A DNA stretch of 61,401 nucleotides from a virus. Lineage: Duplodnaviria; Caudoviricetes. The stretch spans positions 1 to 61,401 of the IMG/VR virus record IMGVR_UViG_3300049032_000024, one strand, 5' to 3'. The translations under genes were made by a program, and so were the position numbers. This document shows positions 19,435 through 28,084 of this stretch, piece by piece (the first letter of the stretch is position 1; each line of letters starts with the position of its first letter). A model generated the notes under the pieces. That model was given only the letters and a program-made list of their open reading frames with translations. It made no database searches and had not been told where the DNA came from.

Positions 19435-20397
19435 TTGAGCTACCTGCTTGATTACAACCCCGGCACCCAACAGTGGGGCTACCCCCGCCGTGGCGGTGCC
19501 AAACTGTCAGGGACAGCAATTGTCCATACTGCCGAGTGTGCTCGTGATGACATTGGGGAAGACACGAGTGCTGAAGGTTGCGCGCATATGATCGCCAACC
19601 GCGCTGACTATGGATCGTACCACCGTCTTGTTGACTCGGACAGCATCATTGACATGCTGCCTTGGGAGTATGAGGCGTGGCAGGACTCAGAGACTAACAA
19701 CTGGGCTGTAGGCATTTCTGCTGCACTCCGCACGTCTGACTGGGCTGTGATGCCAGCAGACCGCCGCGAGCGGGTGTACTGGAACATGGCGGCCTGTGCC
19801 GCTGATTTCGTGTCCTACATGAAGGTCACCTACGGCATTACGGTTCCGCTGCGTCGAATCTCCGGTGCAGAGGCTAGGGCTCGAGTTCCCGGCTTCTGTG
19901 CTCATGGCGATTCAGGCATTGCCCGTAGTGATCCGGGCGCAAACTTTGACTGGGGCAAGTTCTTCGGTTACACACAACAGATTCTCGACGGAAAAACTCA
20001 GGAGGACGAATTGTCTGCAGCAGAAGCAGCACACATCATTTCATCGCTGGAAGCGGTCATCAACCACGCCTTTGATCGTACCAAGAGCGAACTACCTGCC
20101 GATACCGCCAACGCGGTGTTCAGCAAGCCGCTCCCCTACGCGGACGCTGAGACTGCCAAGGTCACCGATCAGCCAACCACGCTGGGGACGCTCGTGACGT
20201 ACAACGATTTCCAGCACAGTGCCACTCGGCGTACCGTGGCTGACGCTGCAAGGGCCATTGTGGACGCTGTAAAGGCTGCACCGGCTGAGGATGCCGCTGG
20301 CGCTGCGGAAGCAGCTTACACGGCCTTCCTCGAGAAGCTGGGCAATGTCAAGGTTGGCTTTGCGGTTGACGTACAGGAAGAAGAGGTACAGCAGTGA
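19435..20397 (+). CDS. Endolysin, N-acetylmuramoyl-L-alanine amidase
   Basis: IVHTAE, GSYHRLVD and FCAHGD...RSDPG Zn-amidase motifs. Confidence 0.9.
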   Translation: MSYLLDYNPGTQQWGYPRRGGAKLSGTAIVHTAECARDDIGEDTSAEGCAHMIANRADYGSYHRLVDSDSIIDMLPWEYEAWQDSETNNWAVGISAALRTSDWAVMPADRRERVYWNMAACAADFVSYMKVTYGITVPLRRISGAEARARVPGFCAHGDSGIARSDPGANFDWGKFFGYTQQILDGKTQEDELSAAEAAHIISSLEAVINHAFDRTKSELPADTANAVFSKPLPYADAETAKVTDQPTTLGTLVTYNDFQHSATRRTVADAARAIVDAVKAAPAEDAAGAAEAAYTAFLEKLGNVKVGFAVDVQEEEVQQ

Positions 20398-20699
20398 ACC
20401 AGAAGACCCTTGACGCGCTCGTAAGGGCGTGGCGTACGTTCTACGTCAACATCGGTGTGGACGCTGCGGCTCTGATTGGGCTGGGGCTCACGGACCTGCT
20501 GAAGACTGCAGATATTAGCTCTGAGGTCTTCTGGATCGCCTTTGGCGGTCTGCTGGCCAAGTCCGTCCTGACCTCGCTGGCAGCGTTCCTGCTGCGGCTG
20601 AAGGTGACGCCAAGCAACATCGACAAGAGCACTCAGCTTCAGCCTGTGGTCACAGTAGCAGGGCTTGATCGCGTTGACGGACCAGACCACAGAGCCTAA
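20394..20699 (+). CDS. Holin
   Basis: RAWRTF motif and two TM segments; overlaps the lysin stop. Confidence 0.75.
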   Translation: MNQKTLDALVRAWRTFYVNIGVDAAALIGLGLTDLLKTADISSEVFWIAFGGLLAKSVLTSLAAFLLRLKVTPSNIDKSTQLQPVVTVAGLDRVDGPDHRA

Positions 20700-20992
20700 A
20701 GACGGGCCGGACCTCAGTGTTGTACTAGAACCAGTGGAGTACAGCACTGAGGCTGCGGCCTTCATTGAGCAGCTTGAGTACCGTTTCCCACCTTGCGGAA
20801 GCTGCCCTCCGAAATACTGAGTTTGAAACGTATTTCATCCAGTTGCCTGAAGCAACCATAAACGGTAGTTGCTCAGGGTAACCAATACTGAACAGCGTAT
20901 GAAATACGTAACTTTGGACCAGTACAAAGTGTGAGCGAAAACCCCGGATTTCCGGGGTTTTTTGCGTTTTGTACTGCACATGAAACTGGTGT

Positions 20993-21080
20993 TCTATCTC
21001 TATTTATTATTATTTTTATATATTATTTGCAGACACACTAATTGAAGAAGGTAAGGAAAGAAGCTAGGGACTCGTAAAAG
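20993..21080. repeat. AT-rich non-coding element, copy A (homologous to 51333-51420)
   Basis: 28/29 identity TCTATCTCTATTTATTATTWTTTTTATAT, followed by a similar purine tract. Confidence 0.7.
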
Positions 21081-21157
21081 ATGCATTTTCGACATTTGTC
21101 CGACGCGCATGTGCTATGGTGGTGACGGAAGATCGTACAACCTGAAAGGCATGTGCT

Positions 21158-21382
21158 TTGAGTCTCAGCGATGCACTAAGTAACCCACCCGCCAAGAACA
21201 AGATAGACAAGATTCTGAGTAACCTGCAGGTTGCAGAACGGTCTGCCCTGTCAGAAGCCCTCTCAGCACCGTCCATATGGCCGCACAGCGCCCTCGCAAG
21301 GGTCATCACGGATAAAGTCTCACCTGTCTCAGAAGCAGCCGTCAGACGCTACCGTAGGGACGTTCTGGGGATCGCTGAATGA
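21158..21382 (+). CDS. Small putative HTH protein
   Basis: HSALARVI...VSEAAVRRYRR. Confidence 0.55.
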   Translation: MSLSDALSNPPAKNKIDKILSNLQVAERSALSEALSAPSIWPHSALARVITDKVSPVSEAAVRRYRRDVLGIAE

Positions 21383-22206
21383 GTGAGCTGATCGACGCCC
21401 TCGAGCTGGCCAAGAGCGTAGGCAAGCGTCTGAAGAAACAAGACGTGCGTGTGCTGGTGATCGACATTGAGAACTCGCCCAACATCGCTGACGTGTGGTC
21501 CCTGTGGAACAACAATGTCGGTCTGGCACAGCTCAGGCAGTCCGGTCAGGTCATCAGCTTTGCCGCCAAGTGGCTCGGTGAGCCCACAGTTCTGTTCCAC
21601 TCTGACTTTCATGACGGCCATGAGGCCATGATTGAAGCAGCATACAAGCTGGTCAATGAAGCGGATATCATTATCGGCTACAACTCACAGGGCTTTGACA
21701 TGAAGCACCTGCACAGGGAGTTCCTGACAGCCGGATTCCCGCCCCCACTGCCTTACAAGAACATCGACTTGCTGCACGCAGTGAAGAAGGCGTTCAAGTT
21801 CCCGTCCAATAAGCTTGACTACGTTGTGCAAGCGCTGAAGCTGGGAGCCAAGACAGCGCACACCGGCCATGTGCTGTGGGTCCAGTGTATGGCCAATGAA
21901 CCTCGAGCGTGGGCGTTGATGAAGCGCTACAACATGCAGGACGTTCGTGTGACCGAGAAGCTGTACTACCGTATCCTGCCTTGGATTGAGAAGCACCCTC
22001 ACATCGGTATGTATATGGCCACAGAACACGACAGGTGCCCGTTCTGCGGGTCAGCAGACCTCGAGCTACAGTCTGGTACCGCCAAGGCAAACGTGACCAC
22101 GTATGACCTTTACAGGTGCGGTGAGTGCCAAGGCGTATCCCGAAGCACCACGCGCGGACGTGAGCAAGACAAGCTCTTCACGCGCAAGGTCAGGAGTAGC
22201 CAGTGA
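21379..22206 (+). CDS. RNase H-like/DnaQ-type 3'-5' exonuclease with C-terminal Zn ribbon
   Basis: IDIE, GYNSQGFD and YNMQDV exonuclease motifs; CPFC...CGEC. Confidence 0.85.
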   Translation: MSELIDALELAKSVGKRLKKQDVRVLVIDIENSPNIADVWSLWNNNVGLAQLRQSGQVISFAAKWLGEPTVLFHSDFHDGHEAMIEAAYKLVNEADIIIGYNSQGFDMKHLHREFLTAGFPPPLPYKNIDLLHAVKKAFKFPSNKLDYVVQALKLGAKTAHTGHVLWVQCMANEPRAWALMKRYNMQDVRVTEKLYYRILPWIEKHPHIGMYMATEHDRCPFCGSADLELQSGTAKANVTTYDLYRCGECQGVSRSTTRGREQDKLFTRKVRSSQ

Positions 22207-22297
22207 AGCCCTTAGCTTGCTGGTTCGGATTCCACCTGTGGATTCCCACCAGACTCTTCAGCTATTGTCAGCGTTGCGGCAAACGCATTTAGACAGC

Positions 22298-22336
22298 AAG
22301 AAGCCCCGTACCGGAGTAGTGGTACGGGGCTTCTTT
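22298..22336. terminator. Bidirectional terminator between converging arms
   Basis: AAGAAGCCCCGTACC...GGTACGGGGCTTCTT. Confidence 0.8.
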
Positions 22337-22526
22337 GTAACTACAGAATGGTTGTCGCCAGCCAAACAACTAGGATTACCAAAATGCCTATGACAAGAGC
22401 GCGTTCTACAGTCATGCTTCTAGTTTAGCAGCTTACTTACGATTCCTGTTGGACAGGATGGTGAGAAGCAAGCCCAGAGGCATCAGAATGAATCCAATGC
22501 CCTGAACCGTATTGGACAAAGCAGGG

Positions 22527-22982
22527 TCAAGAATTATTTGCAAGCGCTACTTTTTCCAGTTCTTCAATACGGTGGTCAATATAGAACCGGCCCTTCTTCA
22601 GGTCTTCCAGTTCCTTTGCGGGGTCTTTCTTCCCGGCTCGTGCCACATACTTCACGACATTGCCCAGTTTGAAGCCCAAGCCCCACGCTTCAATGACCTT
22701 GATGACTTCGTAAGGGTCTTCCTTGCCGCCGTAGTGAGCAGGATGCTCCACAGCTTCATCATTGGGAATCTCTTCACCAACCACTGACAGGTACAACTTG
22801 GTCAGAGCCAGAATGCAGCCTACTGTGTAGGTATCGCCTACAGTACGGACAAGCGTTGTCAGCTTCACTACGACTGTGGCCTGCTTCTCTTCCACAACGA
22901 TGCCCTCAGCACCGTCAAAGTCTGGGCTATGCCCATTGCTTTGGTAGCGTACCTTGTCGCCTTCTTTGAACCTAGCTTGCAC
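22527..22982 (-). CDS. DUF3310-family protein with N-terminal SH3-like domain
   Basis: VEHPAHYG, GNVVKYVARAGKK and EDLKKG motifs. Confidence 0.8.
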   Translation of the reverse strand: MQARFKEGDKVRYQSNGHSPDFDGAEGIVVEEKQATVVVKLTTLVRTVGDTYTVGCILALTKLYLSVVGEEIPNDEAVEHPAHYGGKEDPYEVIKVIEAWGLGFKLGNVVKYVARAGKKDPAKELEDLKKGRFYIDHRIEELEKVALANNS

Positions 22983-23208
22983 TACGTGTCTCCGATACAG
23001 GGTTGAGAGAAATGGAATCCCGCGAGTGGACCTTGCACAGCGGAACGTACTGGGAACCTCCGTTGTGGAAATCCATGATGTACGTGTAGTCCACAGCAAA
23101 GACCCCGAAGGTTGGCGTACCGTCTTTGGCAAAGCCCTCGCGGGGCTCAGGGTGGGTCTGGTGCTCGGTGCCGCACTTAGCACACAGGACGGTCTTTGAT
23201 TCAGTCAA
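22972..23208 (-). CDS. Hypothetical Cys-containing protein
   Basis: CAKC...LCKVH; start codon uncertain. Confidence 0.5.
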   Translation of the reverse strand: MTESKTVLCAKCGTEHQTHPEPREGFAKDGTPTFGVFAVDYTYIMDFHNGGSQYVPLCKVHSRDSISLNPVSETRSAS

Positions 23209-23452
23209 GGTCAACTTTTTTCCACTCCCCAGCAGGTGATTCAACGATTGTGTACTTTGACAGGCGCTCTTGCGCCTTATTGCGGTCACCGTAGTTTGCA
23301 CCAGCCATGCTGGTACGTTTCCCCTTAGCAGCGCTCAGGCTCGAGTATGGACCGTCAACGGTGGTGTATTCTCCGGTACCGTCATACCGCATGAATGGCC
23401 CACCAATCACGAAGTATACGTGGTCCGGCAGTTTTCCGATTCTACGGCTCAA
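23201..23452 (-). CDS. Hypothetical protein (paralog of next gene)
   Basis: GPYSSLSAAKG...GEWKK; start codon uncertain. Confidence 0.55.
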   Translation of the reverse strand: MSRRIGKLPDHVYFVIGGPFMRYDGTGEYTTVDGPYSSLSAAKGKRTSMAGANYGDRNKAQERLSKYTIVESPAGEWKKVDLD

Positions 23453-23699
23453 TGCGCTTCCACTCCCCAGTAGTTTGTTCAATCCAGCCTGCTGTCTCAG
23501 TTTCAGGTGGTTCATCAGTACGCCAGTGTGTGCGGTTGGCTTGTGCCACCAAGTAGGTCAACTGCCCTTTGGCTGCTCCCTTTGTCTGGTACGGGCCAAC
23601 GTAATCCCGTTGTCCAACAACCTCAGCGGTTTCCCTGTCGCGCTTCTCGAGGACAACCCTGTAGGCTCCCCCAAAATTGGTCTTTGTGCTACGAGACAC
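23442..23699 (-). CDS. Hypothetical protein
   Basis: GPYQTKGAAKG...GEWKR. Confidence 0.6.
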   Translation of the reverse strand: MSRSTKTNFGGAYRVVLEKRDRETAEVVGQRDYVGPYQTKGAAKGQLTYLVAQANRTHWRTDEPPETETAGWIEQTTGEWKRIEP

Positions 23700-24147
23700 T
23701 ATCTTCCTTTGCTTTCAATAACTCAAGACTGGGCACGTGCTTCAGTCTCATTGCTGCAAACCAAAGAGCAATACGCAAGGCATCCCTCGAATGACCAGCA
23801 CCTACCTTGAACTTACCAGCTTTCATCAAAGGATTCAAGGTACGATCCTTCACTAGCGTCTTGTGCTGTGAAGGCATGACGTACTCAACTGAGTACGCTT
23901 CTCCCTTGAGCCAGCCGATACACTCCACAGGAGACAGGTCAGCAAGGAACTTGTTGCTTGACCTCAAGTCAAAACGCTCGCAAACGATGTGTGCAGGTCG
24001 GTAGGTTTCCTTCAAAGCTACAAAGGCGTCCACAAATCCCAGCACACCGTGCTCAGACTGCTCCATCCAGACAGGAATAGACCTGTCTAGGTCATAAACA
24101 GCGAGTCCAGAAGCCTTCCCCGGATCGCACGCGAGGATGAAGGTCAC
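23689..24147 (-). CDS. RuvC-like Holliday junction resolvase
   Basis: ILACDPG, IVCERF and HSRDA motifs. Confidence 0.8.
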   Translation of the reverse strand: MTFILACDPGKASGLAVYDLDRSIPVWMEQSEHGVLGFVDAFVALKETYRPAHIVCERFDLRSSNKFLADLSPVECIGWLKGEAYSVEYVMPSQHKTLVKDRTLNPLMKAGKFKVGAGHSRDALRIALWFAAMRLKHVPSLELLKAKEDSVS

Positions 24148-24572
24148 GCGCCTACCTTCACGAAACGCTTGAGCCCTGCTTCAATCAACACAGGCTTGGC
24201 GGGCTTACCATAGCTACTACTTGCGTTGACCTCTACCCTCAGCTTTGTAGGTACAGAACGTGTCCAGCCGTAGCTCTCAGAGACGTGATGCTCCGACAGA
24301 ATCTCAATGACTTCACCGACGCGCATAGCTCCGCTACGTCCTGCTGTCACCGCGTAGGCGATAGTGTCACCAACTCTTACGAATTCTCCGCGAAGGTCTT
24401 CAACCTCAGTGATGGGCTGCTCAGCAACCGCTTTGTTGGTACTGCTGTCAGCCTCAATGGAAGCGCTATCCGTCACTGTGTCTTTTCCTTCTGTTGTTCC
24501 GCCAGATACTCTTCCAGCGGCATACTTGTTAGGTGAAACGTCTTGCACTTTTCGCACTTGTAGAACCTGCAT
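24144..24572 (-). CDS. Hypothetical protein
   Basis: DLRGEFVRVGDTIAYA motif; true start probably downstream of the ORF start. Confidence 0.55.
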   Translation of the reverse strand: MQVLQVRKVQDVSPNKYAAGRVSGGTTEGKDTVTDSASIEADSSTNKAVAEQPITEVEDLRGEFVRVGDTIAYAVTAGRSGAMRVGEVIEILSEHHVSESYGWTRSVPTKLRVEVNASSSYGKPAKPVLIEAGLKRFVKVGA

Positions 24573-24664
24573 TCCTTTCTTGCAGTGCTAGGAGACTCCA
24601 GCGTACTCCTAAGCATTGCCTTGGCTTCGTGCTTGTTGATTAGAGACCGTTTAGTGCAGAGCAA
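24473..24664 (-). CDS. Small Zn-finger protein
   Basis: ECRFYKCEKCKTFHLTS motif. Confidence 0.6.
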   Translation of the reverse strand: MLCTKRSLINKHEAKAMLRSTLESPSTARKECRFYKCEKCKTFHLTSMPLEEYLAEQQKEKTQ

Positions 24665-24670
24665 GGGACT

Positions 24671-25042
24671 CTATGCCTCCGGTTCAAAGAAGTAGGAACG
24701 TTCCCCGCCAACGTAGGTCTGGTGACCGTTGTAGATACCCTCAATGGCCCAGATGCCCTTCAGGTACTCGGGACGGGACAGGAAGAACCTGCGTCCACCC
24801 TCATCCCCACCCTTGTAAGAACCAAACTTGTACCACGCAATGGACGTGTTGTCATCCAGCACACGCTCAAGCATGGCGTCATCAACAACCAGCACAACAG
24901 CTCCGCTGATTTCGACGCGCCATTCCTCTTCGTAGTGGTTCTCGATGAGCTCCCAGAAGGCATCCAAGTTGGCCTGCCACAGATCGCGGTACAGGAAGTC
25001 CAGTTCGCGGGGAAGCTCTTCGGGGATTTCGGTCTTACGCAT
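24671..25042 (-). CDS. Hypothetical acidic protein
   Basis: ATG with RBS GGAGAG. Confidence 0.6.
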   Translation of the reverse strand: MRKTEIPEELPRELDFLYRDLWQANLDAFWELIENHYEEEWRVEISGAVVLVVDDAMLERVLDDNTSIAWYKFGSYKGGDEGGRRFFLSRPEYLKGIWAIEGIYNGHQTYVGGERSYFFEPEA

Positions 25043-25123
25043 TTGTCTCTCCAAACAAATAGGGGCACCGGCCTCTTGGCCGATACCCCTACTCTAGTAC
25101 CTCATTTGATTTTCCCGCAAGTC

Positions 25124-27277
25124 CTACGCTGCAAGTTTTTCAATCTTCGCAAGGTTTGGACCGTAGCCTGCATCTGCAGCGAACGGAACAGTGTCTCCGT
25201 ACACGTCACGGCCAGCCCTACGCAGAGCCTCAGCAATCAAGTTGCCTACAGCAACCTTATGCTCTTCCGGGCAGGTGACGTAGATAGCGTCATGGATGGT
25301 TCCCATGAGCCACGCGCCGTACTGCTCGAGCTGGGGATTCAGCCAGAGCGCTGCAGCAAGGCAGATATCGTTGGCTGTGGACTGAGACGTGAAGCTCAGT
25401 GCAGAGTTCGTGACCTCGTGGGCGTTCATCTCAGTGATGATTTCCGACTGGAAGTGACGCCCAAACTTGGTGACGATAGCCCCGCCAGTCTTGGCCTTCT
25501 CTTCAATCATCTGCCGCCACTGAGCAAACTTGCTGCCCGGACGCACGAAACCGTCTACCAGCGTTTGGGCGATGTGCTGCTCAACTTCCAGCGCTGCAGC
25601 GATAGCAGCTACGCCACGTCCGAAGGACACACCGTACACAACACCCTTCATACGGGCACGCCACGTTCCATAGAACTGTCCGAGGTCATCACCGTTGTCA
25701 GCACGTTCGTGAAGCTCTGCCCAGTCGTACTGAGGCATTGCAGACTGCAGGAGGATATCAAAAATATCACCCGCTCCCGGTTGAAAAGCAGAAATCAACC
25801 ATTCATCGCCGGACTCCATAGCCATCACACGGAGCTCTGCCTGAGACATATCCGCTGTCACAACCACGTGTCCGGGCTCTGAAGGCAGCACCATGCGCTT
25901 CAAACGCTTGTCGCGGGGGATTGTCAGCATGGATGCCCCAGCGCCGCCCAGACGGCCCGTAGAAGCCGCATGAAGCTTGTAGCCGGGATACACCATGTCA
26001 CCGTGACAGTGAGCCAGATAGCCAGTGACGTATGTGCTGAGCTGCTTGCTGATGAACCGGCACTTCTTCAGTGTCAGGCAGAACTCCCGAACCTCATCAG
26101 AAGTGCGGGGATTCTTCAGCAGCTTTTCAATGGTGTTCTTGTCGCTGCTCTTGACGCGCTTCTTACGGCTGTGCAGCCACGCCTTGACCTGCTGTGGCGA
26201 GCGCGGGTTGATAGTCTGCCCAGCCGCAGCACAGAACTCCTGTTCAGCCTCATACAGCTCTGCTGTCAGCTCAACCTCAAGCTCCTGCAGGTACGGAACA
26301 TCAAGCTTGATGCCACGGCGCTCAACGCCACGGTACAGCTCATTGTCCAGACGCAGCAGCCAGTCGAATGCCTTGCGGGATTCAGGGTCTTGTTCAAGGT
26401 AATCCTCGAGCAGGACATACAGGTGCCATGTGTAGAACACGTCATAGGCGTTGTACTCGTACAGGATCGAACGGGGGATACGCTCATAGCCAGAGCCCCC
26501 ACTGTACTTGCGAGCGCTCCACCAGACGCCATCCTCGCCGGTACCAGCCTCTTTGTACGTCTTGGCTACCGTGTAGGGCTTGTTACCTTCATCCCAGTCA
26601 CCAGAGCCGAAATACTGGTCACCCAAGTCCTTCAGGGCGTGTGTGCTGCCAGCAGGGTAGAGCGCGTAGTGAGCCAGCATGATATCGAACCAGTTATACA
26701 AGTCAGGCTCGAAGTATGACAAGTCAAACTTGCCGTTGGCGGTGATGATCTTGTTCCGCCGAAGGAACTTGTTCAGACCGCGCTCCACCAAGGGATTCCG
26801 TAGCATGTGCTCGGGGATCACCATGACAGAGCCCTGACCGCCCCAGATGGCTACGGAAATGACCTGATCGTAAGACGGAATGTCCCACTTCACGTCACCG
26901 GACGTTTCAATATCGAACGATATCTTCTTGCCCTTGGTGTTGTTCAGGATGCCGCAGAGCCAGTCCAAGCGCTCTTCAACGATGTAATTCATGCGGCCAA
27001 GATCAACGTCATTGACCAGCAGCTTCAATGCGTCAGAGACGCGGGTAAGGCTGTCAGCCTTGGTGACCATCGCGCCCACAGAGGGTACCTGCACCACACG
27101 GCTACGGACTTCCCGCGTCAGTCGTCCCAGAGAGAATACAGGAATGTTGCGGAAGGGCTCATCCGGCAGGGGAATGAAATCAATCTGTTCCTCAATGCCG
27201 GAAAGTTCCTTTGCCTTCCGCAACACCGCTGCAGCTTCCGGCCCTACCTCATCCTTGGACCAGATGTATGCCCTCAA
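25124..27277 (-). CDS. polA: DNA polymerase I (family A) with 3'-5' exonuclease
   Basis: FDIETS, YNAYDV, TGRL, ADMSQAELRV, RARMKGVVYG and TIHDAI motifs. Confidence 0.95.
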   Translation of the reverse strand: MRAYIWSKDEVGPEAAAVLRKAKELSGIEEQIDFIPLPDEPFRNIPVFSLGRLTREVRSRVVQVPSVGAMVTKADSLTRVSDALKLLVNDVDLGRMNYIVEERLDWLCGILNNTKGKKISFDIETSGDVKWDIPSYDQVISVAIWGGQGSVMVIPEHMLRNPLVERGLNKFLRRNKIITANGKFDLSYFEPDLYNWFDIMLAHYALYPAGSTHALKDLGDQYFGSGDWDEGNKPYTVAKTYKEAGTGEDGVWWSARKYSGGSGYERIPRSILYEYNAYDVFYTWHLYVLLEDYLEQDPESRKAFDWLLRLDNELYRGVERRGIKLDVPYLQELEVELTAELYEAEQEFCAAAGQTINPRSPQQVKAWLHSRKKRVKSSDKNTIEKLLKNPRTSDEVREFCLTLKKCRFISKQLSTYVTGYLAHCHGDMVYPGYKLHAASTGRLGGAGASMLTIPRDKRLKRMVLPSEPGHVVVTADMSQAELRVMAMESGDEWLISAFQPGAGDIFDILLQSAMPQYDWAELHERADNGDDLGQFYGTWRARMKGVVYGVSFGRGVAAIAAALEVEQHIAQTLVDGFVRPGSKFAQWRQMIEEKAKTGGAIVTKFGRHFQSEIITEMNAHEVTNSALSFTSQSTANDICLAAALWLNPQLEQYGAWLMGTIHDAIYVTCPEEHKVAVGNLIAEALRRAGRDVYGDTVPFAADAGYGPNLAKIEKLAA

Positions 27278-27528
27278 TCAGTCCTGCCTTCGCTTAGTCA
27301 TTATCTCTCTGTAGACCTCTTCCTTTGAGGGGCACAGGCTACAACTCTCGTTACCTCTGCATGTGCAGACGGTACCTGCTCCCTCATCCAACGTATGCCT
27401 TCTTTACCCAGTCAGTAAGCTCGTCCCATGTGGAAGCTTCGTGCTTGTTGATGTAGGTTTCCTCCCCGTTGATGGGGATGACCACACCTGCTTCCCACAT
27501 GCCTTCAGGATTCTTGTGAATGTAAACC

Positions 27529-28083
27529 TTAGACGTTTCCATATGTCCTTACAATCTTGTTTATCCAACTGTAGTCAACACCGTACTGCTCAGCCAACAA
27601 CTGGGAATCGGCACCTGCCTTCATTGCCTTGCAGATGGCGTCCTTGTCGTGCGGCTTCAGTTTGAGTGCTCGAGTCTCCGCTTCAAACTGTGCAGGCACG
27701 TTCTTGTAGTAATTGCTGTAAGCAATCCCTGTGAGCGTAGCAGCACATGACCATGATGTGCCAGCCTCAACACACGTTTCGATCAAACGGGCAGGACAGC
27801 GCTCCCCAAGAATCTTGGTCTTACGCATGGCAATGAGAGTAGTCAGGCTCGAGGGATCGAACCGTCCACCTGCAGCGTTGGCCTTCATCCCGTCGCGCGT
27901 GAGGTAGACCGTAGGGAGACGCACAATCTTGGCGAGCTGGTTCAGGCTGAACATCTTGTGCTCATGCAGCTCCCAAGCCATTTCCAGCTTCCGCGCCGTG
28001 GTCAGGTGCAGGTTGTTGGAGTTCTGCCAGACGCGGTGTGCGTGCTCCAGTGCTTCCAGCCGGTTGTCCTGTTTAGTCTCCAC
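27529..28083 (-). CDS. HTH DNA-binding protein
   Basis: SLNQLAKIV and LLAEQYGVDYSWINKIV HTH-like segments. Confidence 0.65.
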   Translation of the reverse strand: METKQDNRLEALEHAHRVWQNSNNLHLTTARKLEMAWELHEHKMFSLNQLAKIVRLPTVYLTRDGMKANAAGGRFDPSSLTTLIAMRKTKILGERCPARLIETCVEAGTSWSCAATLTGIAYSNYYKNVPAQFEAETRALKLKPHDKDAICKAMKAGADSQLLAEQYGVDYSWINKIVRTYGNV

Positions 28084-28084
28084 T

